DNA from: Spirochaetia bacterium
GTDB taxonomy: Bacteria; Spirochaetota; Spirochaetia; UBA9216
Reading direction: 5' to 3'
Length of the DNA stretch: 64,000 bases
Assembly (NCBI GenBank): GCA_963675665.1
Contig: OY776510.1
Location: forward strand, 1,472,001 to 1,536,000
This document shows positions 49,447 to 58,903 of this stretch, piece by piece. The first letter of the stretch is position 1. Each line of letters starts with the position of its first letter. The notes below the pieces were generated by a model. It saw only the letters and a list, made by a program, of their open reading frames with translations, did not search any database and had not been told where the DNA came from. Made by a program: the position numbers and the translations under genes.

Positions 49447-50628
49447 ATGAAAAAAAGAGAAAAAAATATTTTAGCGGTTCTTTTTATTATCTTCCTGTGT
49501 TTTATTTCGGCGGCTGCGTTTGCTGCTGAACCATTGGGGCGGATTGTCTATATTGAAGGAATTGTCGACCTTCAGCGCGACGGCGAAATCCTTGAATTAT
49601 GGGATTCCGACATAGGAATGGAGATCTATAATTATGATTTGATCGAAACCGGCTACGACGGTTTTATAGAGATTGAAATTGTCAGCCATCGGACGCGGGG
49701 TTCCCTTATCAAGGTTGAAAGTGATACGGCCTTTTACTTTGACTCGGCCAAAATGGGCGGTTCATCTAAAACGAACGTGGCAATGATGTCGGGTTCGCTT
49801 TCGTTCAAGGTGCAGAAACTTACCGGAAATGAGGAACTCAACGTCAGAACCGAAAGTACCGTAATGGGTGTTCGCGGAACCGATTTCAAGGTCCAGAGGG
49901 CTCCTGAAGGTTCCGTGCTTGTAACCTGTGTTGAAGGAAAAGTGGCCTGTGAAGACGACCGGAACATGGAACGCTACGCAATGCCCGGAAGTGTCGTTGA
50001 AAAACGCTCCGGCAGCACGCTTTCAAGGGTCGATATTGATGTGGGCGACGAAAACCTTTACGGAATGTACTGGACAAACAAGCGCGAGGAAATCTTTCGT
50101 TCGGGCGCAGATACATTTATAAAGGGATACTCTGCCCAGTATAATAACTACCTGCCCAGATTTCTTGAAGCATATGATAATCTGCTTGCGGTAAAAAGCG
50201 TTCTCGAAACCTACGGCCTGGAAGAAAATCAGGGCGCAATGGGGTTTTCCTCGAAGATGATAACGGTTAAAGCCGAGACGTCCGACGAAATGATAATGAT
50301 GAGAAGTATCCTGCCTTTATTCGAACATGCCTTTTATGCTGTTCAGGTGCTTGAAAAGTACCATGATCAGGGAATAGGCCGCACCATGATCGAGAAAAAT
50401 TACTCATCGGACGATTTTTTCAGTGATTTTGCGCGCAGAAAGCTTGAAATAAAGAACAAGCTTGCCGATGTGCGGTACTGTATCAAGCTGTACATCAATA
50501 TCAGCAGGGCGGCAACTCCCGGCGGGCAGGACTCTCCTTCTTTCTTTGACGATATGATGATGGGGCCTAACCCGATGGGTACAGGCGGAATGCCCCAGGC
50601 CAATATGCCGGAAGGGATGTTCGATTAG
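49447..50628 (+). CDS. Exported FecR-domain protein
   Basis: Signal peptide, DLIETG, T..TVMGVRGTDF, CVEGKV. Confidence 0.8.
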   Translation: MKKREKNILAVLFIIFLCFISAAAFAAEPLGRIVYIEGIVDLQRDGEILELWDSDIGMEIYNYDLIETGYDGFIEIEIVSHRTRGSLIKVESDTAFYFDSAKMGGSSKTNVAMMSGSLSFKVQKLTGNEELNVRTESTVMGVRGTDFKVQRAPEGSVLVTCVEGKVACEDDRNMERYAMPGSVVEKRSGSTLSRVDIDVGDENLYGMYWTNKREEIFRSGADTFIKGYSAQYNNYLPRFLEAYDNLLAVKSVLETYGLEENQGAMGFSSKMITVKAETSDEMIMMRSILPLFEHAFYAVQVLEKYHDQGIGRTMIEKNYSSDDFFSDFARRKLEIKNKLADVRYCIKLYINISRAATPGGQDSPSFFDDMMMGPNPMGTGGMPQANMPEGMFD

Positions 50629-50649
50629 TAAAGTTTGTTTAACCGCGGA

Positions 50650-51777
50650 TCAGTCGAATATCCGCGGGACTCTTTTGGATATTGCGCAAAGCAGTTCATA
50701 GGGGATGGTTCCGGTAAGTTCCGTAAGGTCTTCAGCTGTTGCCGCCCCTTCCTCGCTACCGAAAAGAATTGCCCTGTCGTACAGGTTTACCTTCAATTCC
50801 GGTCCCAGATCCACCATCAGCTGATCCATGCAGATGGTTCCCGCAACCGGATATCTTTTGCCTTTTATCATTATTTCAGCTTTATTGCTCAGCAGTCTTG
50901 TGTATCCGTCGGCATATCCGGCGGGTATTGTCCCAATCCATGTCTCGGATGCTGTGGTATATCTTCGGCCGTATGAAATATCAGTTCCGGAAGGCACCTT
51001 TTTTATATACATCAGCCTTGATTCAAAACTCATAACCGGTTTCGGTATAAACCCGTGAGAATTCGGGCATAGAAGGCCCTGACGCCCTCCAGGCAGGTAT
51101 CCGTAGGCAAGAATACCCGGCCTTACCATGTCGAAGTGCGCTTCAGGATAATTCAGTATTGCGCCGGAATTTGCCGCATGTATAATACCGGGCTCCATCC
51201 CTGCGGCCCTTACCGAATCTACTGCCGATGTAAAATCTTTGATTTGTTTGCGGGTAAATTCAATATCATCCCCGGCGGCACTGTCGCTGACAGGGAAGTG
51301 GGTGCATATTCCTGCAAGAACAAGGCCCTTTGCGTTGGTAATTTCAGAAGCAAGAATCACCGCTTCATCGGTCCGGCACCCTATTCTTCTCATCCCGGTA
51401 TCGATTTTAAGGTGGATTCGGACTTTTCCTTCGCTGACGGCAGAAGAAAGTTTTCGAATTTCGTCGGATGTTGAAACTACGGCTTCAAGTTTTAATGAAA
51501 TAAGCGTTTCAATCTCTTCAGGAAGCACCGGGCTGAGAACTATAACAGGCGCGGTAATACCGTTTTGCCTGAGTTCTTCAGCCTCGCTTACGGCTGCCAC
51601 TGCCAGATACTCGGTGCCGAAACCCGCCGCAGCTTCGCTTATTCCGACTGCGCCGTGACCGTATCCGTCCGCTTTAACGGCAAGACATATTTTGACGTCC
51701 GGATTTATCATTTTCCGGACCCCATCAAGGTTGTATTTCAAATTCGCTGTGTGTATCAGTGCCCGCGTTGCTCTCAT
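50650..51777 (-). CDS. alr: Alanine racemase
   Basis: AVKADGYGHG (PLP Lys), DTGMRRIG, GYADG, ICMDQ, TIPYE. Confidence 0.98.
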   Translation of the reverse strand: MRATRALIHTANLKYNLDGVRKMINPDVKICLAVKADGYGHGAVGISEAAAGFGTEYLAVAAVSEAEELRQNGITAPVIVLSPVLPEEIETLISLKLEAVVSTSDEIRKLSSAVSEGKVRIHLKIDTGMRRIGCRTDEAVILASEITNAKGLVLAGICTHFPVSDSAAGDDIEFTRKQIKDFTSAVDSVRAAGMEPGIIHAANSGAILNYPEAHFDMVRPGILAYGYLPGGRQGLLCPNSHGFIPKPVMSFESRLMYIKKVPSGTDISYGRRYTTASETWIGTIPAGYADGYTRLLSNKAEIMIKGKRYPVAGTICMDQLMVDLGPELKVNLYDRAILFGSEEGAATAEDLTELTGTIPYELLCAISKRVPRIFD

Positions 51778-51784
51778 GCCGGTT

Positions 51785-51813
51785 ATTTTACCTTTTATTT
51801 ACATACATTACAA
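51785..51813 (-). promoter_or_regulatory. alr promoter (leaderless geometry)
   Basis: Minus strand TTGTAA-17-TAAAAT, 7 nt before ATG. Confidence 0.65.
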
Positions 51814-51865
51814 TGAATTCGTTGATTTGAGAAGTTAAAAGAGGTATACTTAAACTCGTAGAAGT

Positions 51866-53776
51866 ATGCGTAAATCTTTATTTTTTACCGGTTTTATTTT
51901 TCTCATTATCATATCGGGATGCAGCGATTTAACGTCGGGGCAGCAGGCCCTCAATGACGAACCCGTGGTTATAGAGACAATAGCCCGCGGTGAAATACTT
52001 CAGCCCGGCGAAAGCATTCCGGTAGAATACATTCTGAATGAAACGGAAACCCCGCCGGACAAACTCGTCATTACAGTAACTGATCAGGTCGGAAATATTG
52101 TTTTTGAAGAAACTTTTGAGGAAGATCCTTTGCCCGAATGGATTCCGGAAATAGAAACGGAACAGGGGTTTACCGATGGTCTGTATTCGCTGAGAATGGA
52201 TTTTTACACCGGAGACGAACTTTTTTTCTCTGAGACCAGAGAATTTTTCATAACGGCAGCAGTTCGAAGCATTGTGAGTATAACTTCCTATCCGCCGGTA
52301 CTTTACCCGGGCGGGGGAGGGTTGTTCTATGCCGATATCGACGGCTCGGAAGAGGACTGCTGGTTAAGGTGGATGCTTGACGGAGAGAAAATAGCGGAAG
52401 GAACTGTAACTGACGGTTACAGAAGTATTGAGATTGAGGCTCCCGACACGGAGGGTGTTTATAATCTCAGCCTTGAAGTCTTTCCTTTCGAACCTCCGGA
52501 AGGCGGATATGCTTTTAAATCGATCCTTAAAAAGGAAATTCCGCTTTATATTAATAAGCAACAGAAAGCCGGTGTAAACGAATTCGGACCTGCAAACGAA
52601 TTCAGCAGCCTGTTTCATTTCAGGGGAAGTTATCTTGATTCTGCCGGCGCCGATTTAGACAAAACAGATGAACTTTCACCGGTAGGTAATCCCGAGCTTT
52701 CTGTAAAAGACGGGTTATTCGGATATTATATGACCCGGCAAACCGGGTTTAAGACAGAGTCGTTGATGATTCCGGCGGGAAATGGGGAGTTGCAGTCGTT
52801 TTCAGTAATGATGTCGATGATTCCCTACGATTTGCCCGGCGATTCGTTCAGCGATAATCCCGACGAAATTTTTTATACCGGTTTTTCAGACGGAAGCCTG
52901 GAGGTCTCTGCCGGTGTTTTTCCCGACGGCAGAATGAAAGGCGAGATTGCCGTCGGCGGAGAGCGTTTCAGTCTGTACTCCGAGGCCCCTCTTCTTTCGG
53001 AAGATGTTTATTCTTCCGTCAGTTTTGCCGTAAAACCGGATGAAGAGAAGCTTGTACTTGCGTGGTATCTTGACGGTGTTCCCGAATCTGAAATGAGTTA
53101 TTATCCCGAACCGGGCGTTAAAGCTTCATGGACCGACTTGAAATTGTCGGAGAAACCTGCAGAGAGCCGGATTCTCGGCGGAAACGGCACCTCCGGACTT
53201 ATGGATGAATTCGGTGTATACCGGGGAGCTATTGATCCGGAGCAGTTCAGACGGGCAATGGAATATGAATACGGAAAATTTCTTATGTATGCCGAAGGTT
53301 TCGACGGAAGAACGGATGATTTGGGCTTCAGTGATCAAAATGTTTTTACCGAAAACAGCCGGCTGGTCATAGGTCCGGGATCCTCTGTGGATTTTCCTCC
53401 GATTTTCCCGGGTTATGAAGAAGTTGTTTTCATGATTGAAACATCAGGTGCAGGTTCACAACATGCTGATGCTGTGTTTTATATAGACAGGGAAACCTCA
53501 GGGATTATAAATGCCAGACTTGATGATGAAATAAAAAAATCGGACGGAATTTCGTTCAGCCTGATTTTTACAACAGACGCAGTTTCTCTTGACGGACTTG
53601 ATAATCAAAGTATAGGAACCGGACTTACCGGTGATTTCAGCGGGATAGGATTCCGGATTGTCAATAATGATCAGCAACAGATGCTTGAACTTGAAAGTAT
53701 TCTGATTATCAGAAAAAATATAAATGTAACGGAAAATAAAGTAAATATTCCGGCAGGAAAAACAATCAGAAGTTAA
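51866..53776 (+). CDS. Acidic beta-rich lipoprotein, possible ConA/LamG-like domain
   Basis: Lipobox ISGC; FHFRG...WYLDG...GLMDEFGVY pattern; promoter TTGATT-17-TATACT upstream. Confidence 0.65.
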   Translation: MRKSLFFTGFIFLIIISGCSDLTSGQQALNDEPVVIETIARGEILQPGESIPVEYILNETETPPDKLVITVTDQVGNIVFEETFEEDPLPEWIPEIETEQGFTDGLYSLRMDFYTGDELFFSETREFFITAAVRSIVSITSYPPVLYPGGGGLFYADIDGSEEDCWLRWMLDGEKIAEGTVTDGYRSIEIEAPDTEGVYNLSLEVFPFEPPEGGYAFKSILKKEIPLYINKQQKAGVNEFGPANEFSSLFHFRGSYLDSAGADLDKTDELSPVGNPELSVKDGLFGYYMTRQTGFKTESLMIPAGNGELQSFSVMMSMIPYDLPGDSFSDNPDEIFYTGFSDGSLEVSAGVFPDGRMKGEIAVGGERFSLYSEAPLLSEDVYSSVSFAVKPDEEKLVLAWYLDGVPESEMSYYPEPGVKASWTDLKLSEKPAESRILGGNGTSGLMDEFGVYRGAIDPEQFRRAMEYEYGKFLMYAEGFDGRTDDLGFSDQNVFTENSRLVIGPGSSVDFPPIFPGYEEVVFMIETSGAGSQHADAVFYIDRETSGIINARLDDEIKKSDGISFSLIFTTDAVSLDGLDNQSIGTGLTGDFSGIGFRIVNNDQQQMLELESILIIRKNINVTENKVNIPAGKTIRS

Positions 53777-53785
53777 GGATCAGTA

Positions 53786-55081
53786 ATGAAAAAATGTCTC
53801 CTTTCATTCCTGTGCGCAGTCCTGATGATATCAGCTGCAACAGCTCAGGATGTATCAGAAAAACAGGAAGTAGCGGTTTTTTCACTGAACTATACCGACT
53901 GGAGCATCCCCACCGGTGCGCTTGGTATGGTTGATCAGCAAATTGTTGAGGTTATTTCCAATCTCGGCCGATTTGATGTGAAAGGACTGAATTTCAGGCT
54001 CAGAACAACGGATATCTCTGAATTCACAGAGATGATCAAAAAAGCTAATGAATCCAATATAGTTATCGATGAGAAATTCAGACTGGGAGAGGAAACCTTT
54101 ACCGAGGCTGATTTTCTGGAACTGGTAGGCTCTTTTATAATAGTAATTCCGTCCATGACCTATTATAACGCTTTTTATTCTGAGGACGGATGGGAAGTGG
54201 AGTTACAGACATCATTCTCGTTCATCAAGGTCAAGGATTCGACTTCTATTGCCCAGTTTTCTATCGAGACTTTCGGTTCGGCGGACACACAGCAGGAAGC
54301 AACCTTAAATGCGGCGGAAGCCATTGCCCCGCAGCTGGAATTCGAGCTGAGAAGTATTGAGGAATTCAGACTAAAGACGGGAATTATAGAAATTCTCCCG
54401 TACGGGAACGTAATAATAGAGCTAGGCAGAAATATGGGACTTGCGAAAGGTGATGAATATTCGATAATCAGTTCTTCACTCCTTTCGTCGGGGCATACCG
54501 TAACCGACAATTCCGGTCTTCTGGTTATTACCGATGTAAAGAATGAAGTTTCTTACGGAAAGGTCATCTACAGCGACGGAAAAGCCTCTGTTGGTGATCA
54601 GCTAATGGAAAATCCGAGAATAGGAACAGATCTCTCTGCTTACGGGCATTTGTTTATTAATAAAACCGGGATAACCGGAGGAAGTATCGGGATTAAGTCG
54701 GCGGTTTCGAGAGGTTTTTACGATATGCGCCCATTTATGGGGGTTGAGTTTCCGATAGTCAGCGATCTTTTCACACAAACAGAGTCGGGTTTTCCAATGA
54801 CCCTTTATCTGGGCGGTGAATTTATGTGGTATCTCGGCAGACTTCAGATAGAGCCTTCGGTCTCTCTCGGCGGTACCGGGCTGATACCCGTTAATGAACA
54901 GCAGAGTTTCAGATTGACTCATGCCGGAGGTACGGCCGGACTGATGCTGAACTGGATGTTTATGGACAGTATGAGGTTGTTTCTGGAAGGAGGCTATTGT
55001 TACTGGTTTTCAATGGATTCTGCATCAGCGTCTTCTTACGGCGGGATTTTTGCCGGACTTGGTGTTACATTTAAAATGTAG
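53786..55081 (+). CDS. Exported envelope protein with C-terminal beta-barrel-like region
   Basis: Signal peptide; alpha/beta N-domain (LGRFDV); IELG..MGL.KGDEY; amphipathic strands ending GLGVTFKM. Confidence 0.65.
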   Translation: MKKCLLSFLCAVLMISAATAQDVSEKQEVAVFSLNYTDWSIPTGALGMVDQQIVEVISNLGRFDVKGLNFRLRTTDISEFTEMIKKANESNIVIDEKFRLGEETFTEADFLELVGSFIIVIPSMTYYNAFYSEDGWEVELQTSFSFIKVKDSTSIAQFSIETFGSADTQQEATLNAAEAIAPQLEFELRSIEEFRLKTGIIEILPYGNVIIELGRNMGLAKGDEYSIISSSLLSSGHTVTDNSGLLVITDVKNEVSYGKVIYSDGKASVGDQLMENPRIGTDLSAYGHLFINKTGITGGSIGIKSAVSRGFYDMRPFMGVEFPIVSDLFTQTESGFPMTLYLGGEFMWYLGRLQIEPSVSLGGTGLIPVNEQQSFRLTHAGGTAGLMLNWMFMDSMRLFLEGGYCYWFSMDSASASSYGGIFAGLGVTFKM

Positions 55082-55085
55082 TAGT

Positions 55086-55135
55086 AATGAAAAATATAGC
55101 CCAAGGTGCAAGCACCTTTTACTATATTTTTCATT
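55086..55135. terminator. Long inverted repeat after the 431-aa gene
   Basis: AATGAAAAATATAG/CTATATTTTTCATT enclosing AAGGTGC/GCACCTT. Confidence 0.55.
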
Positions 55136-55218
55136 TTGAAGTTTGTAAAATTGATATTTACAAACCTCAACTCCCAAATCTGCCTTCCATGGCAGGGAGT
55201 TTTTATTAGGAGAACTAA

Positions 55219-56592
55219 ATGTTATTTAAACAGCGTTGTAAAAACCAGAACTTTTTAATCATCTTAATTATTATTCTTGCAGTGTTTGGAGCTTCCTGTA
55301 CAACAACCGGTTCCTCCGATCAGGCGGTAACTTCCAGGGGTGATTTAAATCCGAATCCGGTTTACTACGCCGAAGGCAGCGGAGATTCCGCAATAGAAGC
55401 GATGAATGCCGCCAAAAGAAAAGCTGTAAAAGCCGCAGCGGCCGATCTGCTCGGAGAAGCGGCTTCTTCAGGGCAGGGCGAAGAACTCGATTCTTTCATA
55501 AATTCTATCAGTGATTTTACCCCGTATATAATCAGGGATTCACAGGAGAATATAGACAGCAGCAGCTCAGGCGGCTATTACTATTACCTAGGCATAAAAA
55601 TAAATCTGCAGGCCGTTGCTGAAAAACTCAAATCCGAAGATATTCTCGGAGGGCAGATTGACGGGCGTGAAGGAAATGAATACAGCCTGCCGGATCAGAA
55701 AAAGCCTTCTGTAAAGGTTGCAGATGCCGCCGGTGTTGAAGCAACAGCAGAAGCAAACGTAGCTGAAGAACAACGTGTAGTTGAAAGGATTATACCGGAA
55801 GCTACGGCTGAAGAGCTGGCCGTGATAAGGGAATATCTGGATTCGCTTACCTATATGGTGTATTTCGATGAAGAGTCGGCGGCGAACCCGTTTCTAAGCA
55901 GAACAGCAGTTACAAGTGCCAACAGGTTTCTCGATACCGAAGGATACGAGTATGTTGATCTCTCGCAAATCGAACGTATCAAGGCTGATCAGCAGCTGGT
56001 TTATGAAGAAGAAACCGGAGAAGCGGTCAGCATTATTCAGTGGATTGCGCATAAACTTAATGCGGATATCTACATTGAAATAAATCTCGATACAAACAGC
56101 AGCACGAAAAACGGCAGGTATTACGGAAGCGCCAATGTAGCATTAAACTGTTACAATGCATCGACTGCAGAGGGAAGAGGATCTGCATCCTACCAGACAA
56201 ATCCTCCGGCTTTCAGTACGGTTTCAGAGGAAGATGCACTGGCAAATGCTGTTTCTTCCGCTGTTTTCAAGGGCATGGCCGCGGCAGTTGCAGAAGCCGA
56301 GAATGAAACGGCCAAAGCTGTTTCAAAAGGTTTTAAATACAGTCTTGTCATGATAAATACATCCGACTCACGCATGATGAGGGACTTCGAGAAAAAACTT
56401 GAAAGACGGGTAAAAAGTGTCGACAGAATTTCTTTTTCTCCTGAAGAAAGTGTATTTGAGGTGTATCTTATTGGTAATATATCAGACCTCGAAGACTTCG
56501 TTTATGATACAGCGGAAAGTATTCCCGGTATGGAAGGAATTTTGCTGGTTATGCAGAGGGGGAATTCGATTACTTTTGATACAGGAATGTAA
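55219..56592 (+). CDS. Lipoprotein of unknown function
   Basis: Lipobox GASC; AGGAG RBS; LPP20-like A...AKRKAV N-domain and alpha/beta domain (LNADIYI). Confidence 0.75.
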   Translation: MLFKQRCKNQNFLIILIIILAVFGASCTTTGSSDQAVTSRGDLNPNPVYYAEGSGDSAIEAMNAAKRKAVKAAAADLLGEAASSGQGEELDSFINSISDFTPYIIRDSQENIDSSSSGGYYYYLGIKINLQAVAEKLKSEDILGGQIDGREGNEYSLPDQKKPSVKVADAAGVEATAEANVAEEQRVVERIIPEATAEELAVIREYLDSLTYMVYFDEESAANPFLSRTAVTSANRFLDTEGYEYVDLSQIERIKADQQLVYEEETGEAVSIIQWIAHKLNADIYIEINLDTNSSTKNGRYYGSANVALNCYNASTAEGRGSASYQTNPPAFSTVSEEDALANAVSSAVFKGMAAAVAEAENETAKAVSKGFKYSLVMINTSDSRMMRDFEKKLERRVKSVDRISFSPEESVFEVYLIGNISDLEDFVYDTAESIPGMEGILLVMQRGNSITFDTGM

Positions 56593-58046
56593 TGATGAAT
56601 AAAAAACATTTTGTACTGTTACTGCTGTTCACTTCATATATATTTATCTCCTGTGTTTCAGCACCGGCCCCGCCGGAATGGATAAACACGCCGCCGCCTG
56701 AAACTGCAGAGTTTGCATATTTTACGGGTATAGGCTCCGATCCTGACGGAGATCAGGGCACTGCAGCTTCCGAGGCTGCTTCTCAGATTGTTTCCGAGAT
56801 TACAAAGTATCTCGGCGTCAGGATAACCTCCGATACAACCGCTGAGGCCAAAGACGCATATGGAAAATTTGAATCTAAACTGACTTCTGTTGTAAACGAA
56901 AAATCATCAGCCAGGCTGGCAGGCCTTACTGTCAGCGATAAATGGATTGAGCAGGCTGAAACCGGAGTAAATGTCTATCTGCTTGCTCGTTACGGAAAAA
57001 CAGAACTTCTTGCGGAAAAGAAAAGACTTGAAGAATTGTTCAGGGAAAAACAGGAAGCTATCTCAGGACCCGAGAGCGAAGGCGATGATTTTTTCTCGGA
57101 GTCGAAGTATTACCGGGCATCTGTTCAGTATATTGAAGCCGCCCTGGCAGCATCAACCTCCGAACTTGAAAACGCGGATCTCAAATTTGAGCGAAATATC
57201 ACCAAAGCCCGTGAATCAATAGAGCGCATCAGCATCGAGAAGGTTTCAGGGCCTCAATCTGTCTATGTAGGTGATAATTTTACTGAAGAATTTACAGTAA
57301 AGCTTTCATCAGACGATATTCCCGTTGAAGGCCTTCCTGTTACGGCAAGTTATAAGGAAATGCGTACAAACGGAAGAAAAACGGTCCGGACACATACGAT
57401 TCTGACCGACAGCAACGGCTATGCATCGTTTAAACCGCCGGCGCCGGAGTGGGTCGGTCGTGAAGATATCATATTCTTTCTCGATATGAGGGCCGCTATC
57501 GAGCCGCTTGAAGAAGTAAGTTTCAAACTGCTCCAATATGTCGACGGGCTTGAACAGGCTGTTAACGCGCGCCGTACCTCTTTTAATTACGATGTATTGT
57601 CGAAGGCCGTTGAGGTCCCTACATGTATAATGGTGATGGACGTGGATCGCAGCGGCAATCCGCTGGACAAGACCGATACGGCAACAGGCATCCTGTCGGA
57701 ACTGGCCGATGCCGGGTTTGATATTATCATGCTGCCGGTTGATTTCAGAATGACTGCGATAAACGATACAGGACTTATTGATCTTGTCAGAGAACAGTAC
57801 GGAAATATGTATGAACGGCTGATATTCGGAACCGCAGAAATAAGCAGTTTTGAAGAAAACGGCAACTCTGTTATTGTCAAGGTGACCGGCCGAATAAAGG
57901 CTGTAGAGCTTGAAACAGGGCGGATACTGTTCTCGGCTTCGGAACAGAAACGCGCAATGGGAAGCAGTAACGCTTCGACCATCTCGGCGGCATTCAGCAG
58001 CCTGGGCCGTATGTACGGTGAAAAACTGGTTTCAGATCTTCCCTGA
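56592..58046 (+). CDS. LPP20-family lipoprotein
   Basis: Lipobox FISC, PPEWI..PP, YFTGIG, A...A...I pattern. Confidence 0.75.
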   Translation: MMNKKHFVLLLLFTSYIFISCVSAPAPPEWINTPPPETAEFAYFTGIGSDPDGDQGTAASEAASQIVSEITKYLGVRITSDTTAEAKDAYGKFESKLTSVVNEKSSARLAGLTVSDKWIEQAETGVNVYLLARYGKTELLAEKKRLEELFREKQEAISGPESEGDDFFSESKYYRASVQYIEAALAASTSELENADLKFERNITKARESIERISIEKVSGPQSVYVGDNFTEEFTVKLSSDDIPVEGLPVTASYKEMRTNGRKTVRTHTILTDSNGYASFKPPAPEWVGREDIIFFLDMRAAIEPLEEVSFKLLQYVDGLEQAVNARRTSFNYDVLSKAVEVPTCIMVMDVDRSGNPLDKTDTATGILSELADAGFDIIMLPVDFRMTAINDTGLIDLVREQYGNMYERLIFGTAEISSFEENGNSVIVKVTGRIKAVELETGRILFSASEQKRAMGSSNASTISAAFSSLGRMYGEKLVSDLP

Positions 58047-58048
58047 GT

Positions 58049-58789
58049 TCAGGAAAGATTGTTGATATTCAAAGCTGCGGGGTCATTGGAAATAATCCCG
58101 CTGACTCCGGCCTCAAGCAGTCTTTTCGCTTCAGCCGGATCGTCTGTCGTCCATGCAAAGACCGGTCTTTTACCGGTTCTTTTTTTTATCATGACATGTT
58201 CCGGTTTCAGTATATCAACAGAAGCAATCCATCTGCCTTCGCCGTGTCTCAGATACCACGGAAGTTCTTCGTTGTTGCAGTAAATGATTGCTGTGGGAAT
58301 CCCGGGAGCGGTTTTTTTCAGGTTTTTCAGCGGTATGGGATTAAATGAAGAAACTACAGTACGTTCTTCAAGCCGGTAGCTCTTTAAAAGATTTAGAAGT
58401 TTGTTTTCAATTCCTGTCGACGTTCTTGATCTGCTTTTAATTTCAATATCGTAATAAACCCTGTCTCCGAGCAAGTCAAAAACGTCCTGAAGCAGCGGCA
58501 GCCTTTCGTTTGAGAATTTTTCATCCTTCCAGCTTCCGGCATCAAGATGTTTAATGTCCGAATACCCGAGATCTTCAATTGTGCCCCTGAAGCCTGTAAC
58601 CCGCTCAAGATTATGGTCATGGGTTACTACAAGCTCGCCGGAACGGCAGAGATGAATATCAAGTTCTATCCCGGGAATTTTTCGGCTAAGCGCTTCCTGA
58701 AAAGCCGCAAGCGTATTTTCAGGCGCTGTACTTGAATAACCGCGGTGTGCAAACAGATAAGGTCCGGTTTCTCCGGGGAATATTTTCAT
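58049..58789 (-). CDS. Glycerophosphodiester phosphodiesterase (UgpQ/GlpQ family)
   Basis: AHRG..PENTLAAF, ELDI, HD..L.R, EIK, SSF, WT.D, GIISN.P. Confidence 0.95.
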   Translation of the reverse strand: MKIFPGETGPYLFAHRGYSSTAPENTLAAFQEALSRKIPGIELDIHLCRSGELVVTHDHNLERVTGFRGTIEDLGYSDIKHLDAGSWKDEKFSNERLPLLQDVFDLLGDRVYYDIEIKSRSRTSTGIENKLLNLLKSYRLEERTVVSSFNPIPLKNLKKTAPGIPTAIIYCNNEELPWYLRHGEGRWIASVDILKPEHVMIKKRTGKRPVFAWTTDDPAEAKRLLEAGVSGIISNDPAALNINNLS

Positions 58790-58795
58790 GCAGAA

Positions 58796-58896
58796 AGAAT
58801 AGCATCAGACAGTTGTTTCGGCAAGCGGTATGTTTCGACTGAAAATTACGATACTCCGGCGGAACGATTGAAAAATGACAGCTTTTTGATTATTCT
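58796..58896. promoter_or_regulatory. Divergent sigma70 promoters for GDPD and mnmE
   Basis: Minus strand TTGCCG-17-TATTCT-6-ATG; plus strand TTGAAA-17-TATTCT-7-ATG. Confidence 0.7.
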
Positions 58897-58903
58897 TTCT
58901 GCA

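Noticed and set aside
58745-58903. N-terminal extension of MnmE in the ORF track
   Set aside because: It overlaps the divergent GDPD gene and both promoters; MnmE-like sequence begins at 58904.
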